Virus record (IMG/VR): IMGVR_UViG_3300042356_002199
Length of the DNA stretch: 64,000 nt
Strand: one strand, 5' to 3'
From: an uncultured virus (IMG/VR IMGVR_UViG_3300042356_002199)
Taxonomy: Duplodnaviria > Heunggongvirae > Uroviricota > Caudoviricetes
How positions within the stretch are numbered: the stretch's first letter is position 1; each line of letters begins with the position of its first letter. The notes below the pieces were generated by a model, which saw nothing but the letters and a program-made list of their open reading frames with translations, was not told the DNA's origin and made no database searches. Of this stretch, positions 21,501 to 29,142 are shown piece by piece. Made by a program: the position numbers and the translations under genes.

Positions 21501-22069
21501 CCAAGTTTGTTGAATCTCTCGACTAAAACGTCGCGTGCTTTGTTGAAATCTGATTCAAGATAGATGCCAATATCAAAGTCATTCCTAATGACTAGCCTGT
21601 ATTCGGTGTCTTTGCTTTTGATTTTTTTGGCAGCAACCACTGGACCATAGTCGTAACGCTCTAACGGCGACAGTTGCTCCAATCCACTGGATAGCTTCTT
21701 GGCAACTTCTGTCTCGGTTCTTTTCGCTGTTTGTCTTTGCGCTTGAGGCTTTGGTTTTGATGCGGGCTCCGTATTCCCCATCCCCACCCATACCGGCTTC
21801 TTGGTTCCTTCGTCAGCCCAGCCGTCTCCATCGACGTCCCTTCGCGAGCCCGTTGGGTTTCGTGTGCCTGGCTTGCCGCCGGTAGGTATTTCGACCCCTC
21901 GACCACCGCCCCTGCCTCTTCGCCTCTGGCCGATAGTGGGTCTGTTTGTGGCTCTGGAGCCCAAATAGCGCCCCAGCCGACCGAGGGCGGCCTTTTCTTC
22001 GGTGTTTGAATCTACACCGCGACGCGTTTCCTCAAAGGGGATGTGGAACTCATTGTTATCTACAGACAT
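12152..22069 (-). CDS. Giant polyvalent protein A (3305 aa): 2 GNAT-like, 2 zincin-like, ART-like, DEDDh exonuclease and C-terminal Cys-His-Asp protease-like modules separated by LSSG linkers
   Basis: HQRRGLA and SQGHGIG (GNAT); HDLFGH and HEYGH...REAIAEAF (zincin); DYETTG...NAVFD...HNADAD (DEDDh); GDCF...HAWNE...D; 10 exact LSSG. Confidence 0.85.
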   Translation of the reverse strand: MSVDNNEFHIPFEETRRGVDSNTEEKAALGRLGRYLGSRATNRPTIGQRRRGRGGGRGVEIPTGGKPGTRNPTGSRRDVDGDGWADEGTKKPVWVGMGNTEPASKPKPQAQRQTAKRTETEVAKKLSSGLEQLSPLERYDYGPVVAAKKIKSKDTEYRLVIRNDFDIGIYLESDFNKARDVLVERFNKLGANPFNDKPSPLGPEDIDDRDVLRFMLDNDKTIKTMSAMQVWSPGGGSRTEVFQINTRPKHQRRGLAAEMFNTHRETFPELDLQHSDALSEDGRAFSKAVPATSNMESPDRPSSLSSGKKYQELVDAQPELTEEKLRQIDELNELLKSDLLDSADSYSEDTDVFGTGIDILNDSPERAAQRKRVHDLLREIFSGEIELEEDIIVTATNGEKINLGKTVVVDVAESFEALGWQVEIDEVSEEDIQLVQDQTFEPFLSADSTGIGLAARFQFKLTPTADAAERLTAAGVPDEMIWDEMMSVGPGTQGEVQFGRSARMLSYFPGDKPTATMQHETFFLNSESQGHGIGSAFNARNEKIYEAIGQLKIFAAGTSNTEESIGATHWPRNGFTWAGEPGKQTFLGTIAEALDDTEQNWFSPEEKSRISSLIRKNPDTGLFETDSTPENLLKFQRATELFKEKELSILYVREVSKRKTPAGALSSGRIGTVKTEPVEMMRSTEFPKLGTKLIDSGGTPDPTSSQKQYMEFPVYEIDGKKFAFGNTDLGRFQPEFNTEDIEIVPLNPYAIVGLPKTSTEGQEWALKMFHAIQAVSLLDDIEAGRVGNRKVGLVAALTYAAKRGDKPALEELERLAKIGEELLVNNRRDFVSAAKVYNEQMWDVDGTYWDDTPNMQVVLGPTRTNEYGDTVRTTRALGIDDMFLVHQTSYKPQYDDDGNIILKPTGDFIPIDPNTGEQLLDPISGKPVAMPDRDSIHMTLNHMVKGHMWRNEPTESTSVIIVPLRDVLDANPGSLDNLFVVDTFLTPKPGEGLVIPMKKGKVVEGSGKELKESVHEALLEVGKLHNGHPEYITPTLLGGESFSETPNADDRVGVVALQDIPKEYPEYAEGVVGSPHADHPSVRLAEFDNFYVNSASSRMAAYDYGRLSPNAKLRIYDSNSDKYSSARIETIYEDSGFSSGRVQRRTPKSGANLADAFDEPREVTQEEATRMGSSREVLTSKRVAERIIKKIEEKTGTELTTNQKNTIENTIPGLLDEIAEKTLLDVEVSDAFSETGEQLLSSIAIDIASDGIPFVSADPIPQLAEQIPDKRDWSTVELPKRDDVLSILDEALKDTLIFKNNVWLDTDGNIVARKIDKDGSSSLEFESEEARTRFPLLEMIAPLGFVIAGDKLSLPRLQQDTLPKPYIEAWKKHSEFMVELSRRAGKLMGDEGLFVQGSRRIHNSSTYIRGYIGGITDPSKFNMGLTGKALQDSHDLFGHLGTGRGFDRHGEWANDLAMMSIIDHPDSPLTPKEKLAVKHLHYLLYSANRIKEGRNDEAKDTTGIVQRINRARTILDVAYQDVGDTRTSTPRVYAGDFGSVIKKLDAASTTKGLSSGRKSIYEADPEDVELALAYDALGMSNRLASGRERPRILARPILRRPTIEPGRRAVKGYGKPDASGNEVRRNSNKWLAGMTPEEISRVIIPSSQAEHFEMWADDMAGGSWRTNSKEREFLQKYYDELRANKNSLDIDYSPENVKATQELVEGMLKSSPQMLWMFENFGSPMIVSFTREAMEGFEVSPEMKERLELSRQQRGAEKSQFISGLSSPAFGLIGLAPRALIDRESMTTNEKGVYPINLDPARIPQPRDAHVDRSLHGVVMHEYGHWLHYRAAWDSEANGKSRKEKSFYGSGDIGDPRYVAALEVADEYMNPDADDEAIKIWSEFIDLTERSAEEMFGANRDKALTATSYGNVNKREAIAEAFVAIMHPNKDMPKLALSKKLRDDVYALAGVDPSNLPWAARTDGRPTIQLSSNAETRVAPDGERSVMSRIFDVVRTGEGRTSTPSRKESLSSGKKPHTPKWKSVEDIIDYAAVGALPDHDQQQKEQVMSESVRDWEEWMPCRQIRMASYELAGIKDYSDRDPNIDETRGFWGDAMRFDATVSPEARTEQARYIMANIVDSLLNKGKYDRQPYLYRAMTFSSPEEAKQFFDAMQVGAQVDIPLIAFVDKGPSPSGGHFLTKFGTDALLVLEDFPGAYKAEGTFEPLFNSTDESDTLYNINEFAESILAGVERGEIDEENIEFDTEFANRLIKLVEDYRESRDPSERRRLKTEMGEALEETGNESINLEWEGEPLPEDHEGYYEALYYHESLYDESSNRSPREHISGGRLEVISVEPDPAGLYKEVVTLRQVGAFDPQEKGALVLKTDGQARSAALSSGNRNNSYNLVAIETDDSTPDMLESLKEKLGDALVSHETSTVDLGARGQTNVRKKHTFTISSEKLRNTHAHNYATNRSFMAQIQELSSGAKPPQYPRKPTMGAFIGSADSEFDGITNWEDFKSAIADKEIVFIDYETTGLKFDKFNESAGNGSPTQIGAVKMKNGEVIARFNVFVNPGMPMSEWEKWSQDNLKDGDGNPITDAYLADKPSIAEAHRQLVEFMGDTELMGMQNAVFDNEVLEDALKESGIEWRPKGIIDTKEISDMVLPKWSETNPDAPFRVNKDGTKSPSNSLGDITKYLGVDLGDKHHNADADAEATAKVLQAIVDGAIENNWPADVLDKGKRRDKESKTQIKFEKAVSEFEDAKRKFIEDSEQESLSSGGDTLSSGSTILSQWMDVTASDSFGKSGSELRNTFGRADLERLQKVLQDEQSALSKTIDEWQKTGVWNGETNGVALPRTKNPKSGITRNISAEESSGMGDKDTLSSTFNGYLSQIEKQLDHVNERLINLDRMENDGDIAHVNAVSIADLPNFAALAERGKKIRESRGSWEDREWSLTKDDPDAMWLIHTGAPILEGGVLDPSFTLPKGGDGTYLRQGMDTQRLNETTRNSIISLYEEAESNFNAYQLALKEYDETGVWDGPKLAQNTRVPGRDRDRKEYQTYVAGQDDERINPEYLRDIARGYIDNGRRVMARYEYAYPLAKAGKEHLSYNHASFGPSRGYVRNAFPTSKTYLVRVPEREVVEGFPSQEYQIFEARTPIASFEVPNQFNVPNMTEVEDASIALFEQAAQKHLSSGATDDNGGRLLRSMQLHDDEFEKKYNQKVPNGDGDCFSEAIEQARDLAETYESMKIAHGYPLGTGGDAEGLRFPHAWNEFMRDGVEWVRDYSNGNEVEIPKAVYYAIGNIAEQDVSVFSLEEAEKSMSENGHYGPW
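13814..14677 (-). other. Module: DEDDh (DnaQ/epsilon-like) 3'-5' exonuclease
   Basis: ExoI FIDYETTG (DYETTG at 14528-14545), ExoII NAVFD, ExoIII HHNADAD. Confidence 0.85.
16163..17311 (-). other. Module: zincin metallopeptidase
   Basis: HEYGH at 16595-16609 and downstream SYGNVNKREAIAEAF. Confidence 0.7.
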
Positions 22070-22097
22070 TTAATTAAATAATACCATTGTAAATAAC

Positions 22098-22433
22098 CTA
22101 GGATTTGAGGCGAGCGCCGCATTTGGTGCATATTTTTGCCCACGGGTAGAAGCGCATCATGTTCAGCGGGTGTTCACACTCCAGAAGACGCTTGGCCTCT
22201 GAATTGAGGGTATTCCGTATCCACGCAGAAAGAGTTACCTGTTCGAGCGTTGCGGCCTCTTTCCATCTATTTCGTTCATAATCGTTGGTTCTGATTAAAA
22301 CCTGCTTATCCGCAGGGCCATCAGCAGCATTGATTAACGGGGAGACCGTTGGCGTTATTGTTTCTGCCACTTTGTCCATTGCCGCACGAATATTGTCTTC
22401 TTCTGGGTTACTGTCCTGGGTCATTGTTGTCAA
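22098..22433 (-). CDS. Ribbon-helix-helix-like protein with C-terminal Cys motif
   Basis: VLIR...WKEAA...TLSAWIR; CEH...CTKC. Confidence 0.6.
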   Translation of the reverse strand: MTTMTQDSNPEEDNIRAAMDKVAETITPTVSPLINAADGPADKQVLIRTNDYERNRWKEAATLEQVTLSAWIRNTLNSEAKRLLECEHPLNMMRFYPWAKICTKCGARLKS

Positions 22434-23076
22434 AATCCCTGTAAATCGGCCTGTCTTCTAAATCCGATACTACTTCAGCATCGATAATGCCGTCGTCAGG
22501 TTTTTGATTTTTTGCAAGAATAGATGAAACTGTTTCCGCAGGTAGAACGCCTGCTATACCCATGAGTTCTAGTAGTTTTCTGGCTTCTGATTCAGCGTCA
22601 AAGCCGGAAGCAGGCATGATTACACCAGGCTGTCCGGCAATGGTTGCCCTAATTGTAGAGTTGATATTTGCGTCAACATTTACATTAACATTTGTCTGCT
22701 CCATGCCGAGTAGTTTTGTTCTTCGGTCCATGATTGATAGGACCTGTTGAATTGCCTTGAGGTCTGGCTCGACCTGCACTTCTGTTCCGTCGTCCATTGA
22801 GACACGTCTATGTTGTGTCATTGGCCAAATTGCTTGCTGGAGATTATCTAGCCGTTCGAGCTCCATTCTCAGAATTTCTGGATACGCAAGAATGGCCTCC
22901 TTGTTCATTTTTTCTAATTGACGCTGAACTGAGCGTGCTACCGACTGAGTAGATATGCCGAATCGTCGGGCTATCTCATTAACAGAAGTTCCGGCTTGCC
23001 TCATCTTGAAGATGCGCATATCGCGCTCGTGGAGGAACTCTTTAGTAGTAATTGGTTTTGATTTTTCGTCGCTCAC
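22408..23076 (-). CDS. HTH DNA-binding protein, possible terminase small subunit
   Basis: N-terminal HTH (SVNEIARRFGIS); ELERLD...DLKAIQQVLSIMDRRTKLLG pattern. Confidence 0.6.
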   Translation of the reverse strand: MSDEKSKPITTKEFLHERDMRIFKMRQAGTSVNEIARRFGISTQSVARSVQRQLEKMNKEAILAYPEILRMELERLDNLQQAIWPMTQHRRVSMDDGTEVQVEPDLKAIQQVLSIMDRRTKLLGMEQTNVNVNVDANINSTIRATIAGQPGVIMPASGFDAESEARKLLELMGIAGVLPAETVSSILAKNQKPDDGIIDAEVVSDLEDRPIYRDFDNNDPGQ

Positions 23077-24917
23077 GTTACAGCCTTAGACCAGTCAATG
23101 ACCTCAAACGGGAATTTGACGCCTCTCTTTATTTTAGTCGGCCATTGGCGCTCGTCACGTGCACCACGGAAATGACGGACATCGTAAACATATGCGCCGA
23201 GAGCTGTTGGGTCTGGCTGAAGGGATATGCCAAATTCCGGCCACCTCGACCACACGGCAGAACCAAATGGCCGCAGGTCCCTGCTGGTCATGCTTGTGCC
23301 AAGTGGGGCGTGGTGCTCAATCCATAGCGCACATTTATAAACAGTCCTAATGGTGTCTAGATATTTTGCTACTTCTAGGGCGATTGATTCAGAGGTCCGC
23401 CCGCCTGGGTCAAGGAAAGCCTTATATAGCGGGCCAATGACTAGTAAGTCAGGACGCACCCTGTCTAGGGCCTCTTCAAGTGATGCCCTATCGCTTGCCT
23501 TGAGCAGGTCCATTCCGGACGGCCTGGTCAATAGTTCTGCATTTAGTCTAGTCACTCGGCCAGAAGCCATTGCCTGCATAGCAATTGAGTGACCAGTACG
23601 TCTAATAATTCTGTCTGGGTTTTCTAGGTCGAGGGTGAGCGTCTTTATGGCTGGCATGGGCTGAAAAGAGAACGGGTGGATTCCTGCAGCGCAGAGGAGC
23701 GCCACTTGTCGGGCGAGCATTGTCTTACCAACACCCTCAGCGGCCACGACTATGACACGCTCGCTTCTCTCAAGAAGTCCTGGTATGACCCAATCGTAGG
23801 TGTCTCCATCAGTCTCTTTAAGGAAATCATTCCAGTGAACTAGGCGGCCAGTATCAAGCGAAAAGGAGACGGTGGCTGTGGCCAATATGAGATTGCTTTT
23901 AGCAATTTTTTGCTTAACATTGAGGTCGTCCCTTTCTATTAATTCCTTTAGCTTCTGTAGGGCAAGGTCCTCTGGCGACAAATCCTCATTAATTTTTATT
24001 CCCGTTAGTTCAACTTCCGTAAACCCATTTTCTGAAACTGAATAATCATTGAGCACGGGAGGCGCTTCGTAGGCGACCAAATCATCAATTGACATTCCAG
24101 CAGAAAGGTGGTCGGTTATGTCCTTGTGGGATGGACATATCCAAACCTGAGCGTCACAACCAGCGTCAATTAATTTCTCACAAACATTAAGCGCATGCTT
24201 GATACCAACTTCGTCATTGTCTGCGACTATTTCAACAACGCTCCCACTCAAGGGTTCGGTGTGTATCTCGAGCCATTTACCAGCCCCACCTGGCATCGTC
24301 GTTGCAACGAAACCTGCCTCAATTAGTGTGTCTGCATCCTTCTCCCCCTCGACCACCCATATGGTTGCATCAAATGCTCGCGCTGAGATAACTCCAGGGA
24401 GGTTGTATAGGACTTTCGGGACATCACCTAAGCTGTATTCCCATCCACTCTTGCCGTCGGGCTTGCGCTGACTGAAAGATTTCTTTCCGTCTTCATCTAT
24501 GTAGCGGAGTTTTTGAAAAAGAAGTAGACCATTCTCGTCCGTGTAGTCATAGGTATTGGTCAAGGTGAGTTTCTTGGGTGGTCGGGAAATTTTTTCACTC
24601 AAATCTTTTGTTTCTCTATTCTTTGCGGCTGGAAGTTGTCGCGTCTCCTGTTTAAAAGGCCTGTCATATTCGTCTTTTTTCGGCATCAAGTCAGAAACAC
24701 TAATGCCAACAGACTGGCATATGTCGTCAACGTTGCATGACATGCCACGATGACAGGTGACAAGGACACGACCGTCCGCCCCTTGTCCCACGGATAGGGA
24801 TGGATTTGAATCATCATTTCTACACGGACAGCGCGCAATCCAGCCAGAGCCAGCCTTACGCACGCCATCCAAGAGTCCTAGAAAGTTTTCTGTTTCTGGC
24901 GATGGAATAGTAGGCAT
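23073..24917 (-). CDS. Primase-helicase (Zn-binding, TOPRIM and RecA-like/AAA_25 domains)
   Basis: ARCPC...VTCH..C; VVEGEKD...ADND; Walker A AAEGVGKT; RPFGSAVW. Confidence 0.85.
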   Translation of the reverse strand: MPTIPSPETENFLGLLDGVRKAGSGWIARCPCRNDDSNPSLSVGQGADGRVLVTCHRGMSCNVDDICQSVGISVSDLMPKKDEYDRPFKQETRQLPAAKNRETKDLSEKISRPPKKLTLTNTYDYTDENGLLLFQKLRYIDEDGKKSFSQRKPDGKSGWEYSLGDVPKVLYNLPGVISARAFDATIWVVEGEKDADTLIEAGFVATTMPGGAGKWLEIHTEPLSGSVVEIVADNDEVGIKHALNVCEKLIDAGCDAQVWICPSHKDITDHLSAGMSIDDLVAYEAPPVLNDYSVSENGFTEVELTGIKINEDLSPEDLALQKLKELIERDDLNVKQKIAKSNLILATATVSFSLDTGRLVHWNDFLKETDGDTYDWVIPGLLERSERVIVVAAEGVGKTMLARQVALLCAAGIHPFSFQPMPAIKTLTLDLENPDRIIRRTGHSIAMQAMASGRVTRLNAELLTRPSGMDLLKASDRASLEEALDRVRPDLLVIGPLYKAFLDPGGRTSESIALEVAKYLDTIRTVYKCALWIEHHAPLGTSMTSRDLRPFGSAVWSRWPEFGISLQPDPTALGAYVYDVRHFRGARDERQWPTKIKRGVKFPFEVIDWSKAVT

Positions 24918-24935
24918 TGGCTAATCGCTCTTTTT

Positions 24936-25259
24936 CTAATGAGGTAGGAGTATGTTGAATGGTATCTTAGGTACGGGGACGATGTTCATTTGTCTCCGCA
25001 TTCTATGACGCTCGCGCTCGGATGTCCCTCCCCAAATACCAAACATCTCATGATAGAGAGCATACGAGAGGCATTCAATTTTAATTTCGCACGTTCCGCA
25101 TATTTGTTTAGCAATTTGAGTATCTGCTCTGGCCTGTCTGTAATTTTCAGAAAACTGACCAGGCTGAGATTTGTCAGCCATAGGGAACCATATATTTGGA
25201 TTATGTCCCGTGCATTTTCCGCCTCGCGGCATTACGTCCACCCTACTGACTGATTCCAA
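24936..25259 (-). CDS. whiB: WhiB-family transcription factor
   Basis: C...AKQICGTC...ECLSYAL...GIWGGTSERER signature. Confidence 0.92.
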   Translation of the reverse strand: MESVSRVDVMPRGGKCTGHNPNIWFPMADKSQPGQFSENYRQARADTQIAKQICGTCEIKIECLSYALYHEMFGIWGGTSERERHRMRRQMNIVPVPKIPFNILLPH

Positions 25260-25285
25260 TTGAACCTCCGTTGTATGGGCGAGAG

Positions 25286-25699
25286 CTAAATTCCCCCCGC
25301 AATGCGAACTATGTCGCGTGCAGAAAGATACACGACTGCGCTGCGAATCACAAGCAAACCAGCAACATCTTCTGAAGAAATATCCACTGCCTCCATTGGT
25401 ACGCCAATACGTGCAGCAATTGCAGCTCTGGTTTTTTCAATGCGCGTTTCTTCTGCAGCTAGATTGTCGTCATAAAAAACATTTTGAACTAAAGGCGCAG
25501 ACATTTTTTTAATCTCAACATCTTGTTCTTCCGCCCTAAGGCACCACATGCATGCTATTTCATCAGATGTTGCGGCTCTTTTGCGTACGTCGATATGACC
25601 ACATTCAAGTTTGTGATGATAAACAAGATGACCCCACCTACCGGTCTTCTCGATAGATGTTATTTTTTTACGTGGGGCTCTGCGTCTTTCTGTTGTCAT
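25286..25699 (-). CDS. Hypothetical protein with Zn-ribbon motif
   Basis: LECGH...CMWC. Confidence 0.6.
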   Translation of the reverse strand: MTTERRRAPRKKITSIEKTGRWGHLVYHHKLECGHIDVRKRAATSDEIACMWCLRAEEQDVEIKKMSAPLVQNVFYDDNLAAEETRIEKTRAAIAARIGVPMEAVDISSEDVAGLLVIRSAVVYLSARDIVRIAGGI

Positions 25700-25722
25700 T
25701 ATGAAAGATGCAACTCGCGCAG

Positions 25723-26043
25723 TTATTTAGCGCGACGACTAAAGAACTTACGGAACCAAGTCTGTAAAATTCCAACCTTGCCATTTACTTTTACATTCGG
25801 ATTTGCGGCAATAAAATCGTCGGCCCATTCAATGACCTCATCGCGAAGCTCATCCAAGATATCGAATTGAACTTCGGGCTGCTTCTCCGCGGCCTTCTTC
25901 ACAGGAGCCTTCTTGGCAGCGGCCTTCTTCACCGGGGACTTCTTGGCGGCGGCCTTCTTGGGGGCGGTTTTCTTTGCAGGAGCCTTTTTAACGGCGGCCT
26001 TCTTGGGGGTCTTTGTTTGGTTCTTTTTGATGCTTTCAGTCAT
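25723..26043 (-). CDS. Histone H1-like Lys/Ala/Pro-repeat protein
   Basis: Tandem KKAxx/PAKK repeats. Confidence 0.7.
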   Translation of the reverse strand: MTESIKKNQTKTPKKAAVKKAPAKKTAPKKAAAKKSPVKKAAAKKAPVKKAAEKQPEVQFDILDELRDEVIEWADDFIAANPNVKVNGKVGILQTWFRKFFSRRAK

Positions 26044-26101
26044 GATGCAACCTTAGCGCATGAGTGTGTCGGCCGTTGCAAAAGCGGTTTATTTGTTTAC
26101 C

Positions 26102-26773
26102 ATGGAAATGAAGAATATTTGTCTAAAATGCCTCGTGGACCAATACATGGATGATTTTAGTAAAATGGCTCTTGCCCTGACATCGGCCCAGCTGGCGAAA
26201 GATACGGCAGTCGAGGAACATGGGGTTGGGGAGGATTTGGCCATCCATTTTCTAGCGTGGATGGATGACGGACTGATTTCGATATCTCAAATGAACTCTG
26301 AAACAATGAAATTGGACCCAGAAGTACGCTTTGAAAGATGCAAAGAGGTGTGCAAGGTACTCCGCAAGGATATGTGGGCCACGGCCATCACCATGGTCTC
26401 GGAGGGTTACTGCTCCCTAGACTCCCATAAAACCAAGAATATGGACCTAGCTTTGGCGTTTTCGGACCCCAAATTGCCCATATATGAATGCCTGACGGTT
26501 AGCCATGCGTCAATTGACGAAGAAAATGGCCATATTACGCCTACATCCATGGTTGCCGCCCCATACAAGATTGCGTTAGGGCGCAAGGTGCACTGGAAAG
26601 AGGTGCTGGTTTATCCGGAAAAAGCAGAACACCATACAAAACAAACAAAATACCCCCACATGTTAAATAGAGTTCTTCAAATGGGGCCCAGCGAATCGGT
26701 CGACGACCAGAGCCTTCTCGATGCTGCTGCAAAAATAGCCAGTTTTGGTTTTATTATGCAGAGCATTATTTAG
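26102..26773 (+). CDS. Hypothetical protein (start uncertain)
   Basis: Long ORF 26060..26773; an internal ATG avoids overlap with the divergent promoter. Confidence 0.6.
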   Translation: MEMKNICLKCLVDQYMDDFSKMALALTSAQLAKDTAVEEHGVGEDLAIHFLAWMDDGLISISQMNSETMKLDPEVRFERCKEVCKVLRKDMWATAITMVSEGYCSLDSHKTKNMDLALAFSDPKLPIYECLTVSHASIDEENGHITPTSMVAAPYKIALGRKVHWKEVLVYPEKAEHHTKQTKYPHMLNRVLQMGPSESVDDQSLLDAAAKIASFGFIMQSII

Positions 26774-26787
26774 ATAAACTTATTAAT

Positions 26788-27123
26788 GTGAATGCATTTT
26801 ACGATAGCCCAGGATTTGGCGAAATGTCCATATTTGAAGATAAACATTCTGGGTTTAGTATTCTTCGGGCCGACAGGCTTCCGTGTCCCGTTTGCGGTCA
26901 CCCGACTGGCGATTGTGAGGGCAATTCTGCAAGTTTGTTGCCGGAAGATATTTGGGGCTACAACACGCACTCTTCTCTCGATGACTCCTTGGCGTTTTGT
27001 ATGCAAGAGGATTATTGCGAAGAGCGAGAAATTGCGCCAGGTATTGTTACAAAAATAGTTGTCCATAAAAAAGGCAAAAACATTTCTATCGCCGAAGCCA
27101 GGAGACTTGGCTTTTTAAATTAA
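26788..27123 (+). CDS. Hypothetical protein with CPVCGH motif
   Basis: ORF; CPVCGHPTGDC. Confidence 0.6.
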   Translation: MNAFYDSPGFGEMSIFEDKHSGFSILRADRLPCPVCGHPTGDCEGNSASLLPEDIWGYNTHSSLDDSLAFCMQEDYCEEREIAPGIVTKIVVHKKGKNISIAEARRLGFLN

Positions 27124-27212
27124 TTTTATATTCTCTCGACTTTTTCTTTATTCATCTGTGCGCTACACTCGTTTCCTAGTTACTATTCAATCCACCCACC
27201 TGACAGGAAATC

Positions 27213-29138
27213 ATGAACCACATTGATGACAAATTCGTTGCTTCTTACGCCAATCGTCCCGTTCCATGGGGCTTCAATGGCATGGGAGAAATTGTTTTTC
27301 TCCGTACCTATAGCCGCACAAAAGACAACGGCAACATCGAAACATGGCCCGAAACGATTCAGCGTGTTGTCAATGGTGCAATAGAAATTGGCGTTCCCTA
27401 CACCCGCGAAGAAGCGGAAGAGCTTTTTGACCACATGTATAACCTGCGCTGCTCAATGAGTGGGCGTGCTTTGTGGCAACTAGGAACTGGAATGGTTGCA
27501 CGTTTTGGCGGAGCGTCTTTAAACAACTGCTACTTCACGAATATCGAAAAAGTTGAAGATTTTGAAATGCTGTTTGACTACCTGATGCTTGGCGGTGGCG
27601 TGGGTTTTTCCGTAGAGCGTTCAAAGATTCACGACTTGCCCAGAATCAAGAGTGGAGTAACTATTACACAGGAGCGTAGTAACGACGCTGACATTATTGT
27701 TCCAGACAGTCGTACTGGCTGGCGTCGCCTTTTGCATAGCGTTCTTAAGTCGTACTTTGATACCGGCAAGTCCTTTACCTATTCGACCATTTTGATTCGT
27801 GAGTTTGGTGCACCTCTCAAGACGTTTGGCGGTACTGCTTCCGGACCTGGAGCCCTCATTGATGGTATTAGCGATATTTGCAAGGTTTTAGATAACCGTG
27901 TCGGCAAGAAGCTTAGGTCAATCGATGTTTTGGATATCTGCAATATCATTGGTCGAATTGTTGTTTCCGGTTCATCAAGGCGTTCGGCGCAAATCGCAAT
28001 GGGCGACCCTGACGATGTTCTCTTCCTCCGAGCAAAGAACTGGGGTTCAGGAAACATTCCTGGGTGGCGAGCAAATAGTAACAATTCGCTATATGCCGAC
28101 GGCTGGGAAGAAATACCAGCAGAACTATGGCGTGGATATGACGGCTCGGGAGAGCCATACGGTCTAGTTAATAGGAAGCTCGCACGAACTCACGGTCGCC
28201 TTGGCGAAAAACGCCCAGACGCAACAATCGAGGGCTTTAATCCATGTGCGGAAATTGCACTTGCAGATGGAGAATCGTGCAATCTCGCGACAATTTTTCT
28301 TCCTAATATCGAATCTTTGCCGCAATTCTTGTCACTTTCGCGTCTCCTTTACATGACGCAGAAGCAAATCACCAGACTCCCGTACCCGTACGAGAAGACG
28401 ACATCTATTGTCAGGGCCAATGCACGCCTTGGTCAAAGCATTACTGGAGTTCTTCAGGCAACTGAACAGCAGGTTTCGTGGCTCGATACGGCGTACAAGT
28501 ACTTACGCGACCTTGATAAGGAGTATTCCGCGGAAAAGGGGTTCCCTGAGTCTGTGAGAATGACCACGGTTCAGCCTTCAGGCACTCTCTCGCTGCTTCC
28601 AGGCGTTACTCCGGGCATTCACCCGGCTTTTGCCCCTCACTACATCCGGCGCGTTCGTTTTGGAGCGGCAGACCCACTTGTTGACGCATGTCGCAAGCGT
28701 GGCTACAAGGTCGTATGGGATATCGGCATTGATGGCCGAGAAGACCATACGCGTTATGTTGTGGAATTCCCCTGCATGTCTCCAGAGGGCTCAACTTTGG
28801 CAAGCGAAATGACAGCAGTGCAGCAGCTTGAGTGGGTAAAGAAAGTTCAAACCGAGTGGGCAGACAATGCTGTTTCCGTTACGGTCTATTACCGCAAAGA
28901 AGAGCTAAAAAGCATTCAGGAGTGGTTGACTGAGAACTACGACAAGAGCGTGAAGTCCGTATCATTCCTCTTGCACAGCGACCACAACTTCGTTCTCCCT
29001 CCATATGAAGAGATAACAAAAGAACTATACGAAAAGATGGTCTCTAAAATCGACTTCTCCATTCCATTAGTACAAGAGAAGTTCAACGGAGAGATTGATA
29101 TGGACGATTGCGCAACTGGAGCTTGTCCGGTAAAGTAG
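27213..29138 (+). CDS. nrdJ: Class II (adenosylcobalamin-dependent) ribonucleotide reductase, monomeric type
   Basis: LNNC, NPCAEI, TVQPSGTLSLL, C-terminal CATGACP; no beta-subunit gene nearby. Confidence 0.9.
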   Translation: MNHIDDKFVASYANRPVPWGFNGMGEIVFLRTYSRTKDNGNIETWPETIQRVVNGAIEIGVPYTREEAEELFDHMYNLRCSMSGRALWQLGTGMVARFGGASLNNCYFTNIEKVEDFEMLFDYLMLGGGVGFSVERSKIHDLPRIKSGVTITQERSNDADIIVPDSRTGWRRLLHSVLKSYFDTGKSFTYSTILIREFGAPLKTFGGTASGPGALIDGISDICKVLDNRVGKKLRSIDVLDICNIIGRIVVSGSSRRSAQIAMGDPDDVLFLRAKNWGSGNIPGWRANSNNSLYADGWEEIPAELWRGYDGSGEPYGLVNRKLARTHGRLGEKRPDATIEGFNPCAEIALADGESCNLATIFLPNIESLPQFLSLSRLLYMTQKQITRLPYPYEKTTSIVRANARLGQSITGVLQATEQQVSWLDTAYKYLRDLDKEYSAEKGFPESVRMTTVQPSGTLSLLPGVTPGIHPAFAPHYIRRVRFGAADPLVDACRKRGYKVVWDIGIDGREDHTRYVVEFPCMSPEGSTLASEMTAVQQLEWVKKVQTEWADNAVSVTVYYRKEELKSIQEWLTENYDKSVKSVSFLLHSDHNFVLPPYEEITKELYEKMVSKIDFSIPLVQEKFNGEIDMDDCATGACPVK

Positions 29139-29142
29139 TCAC

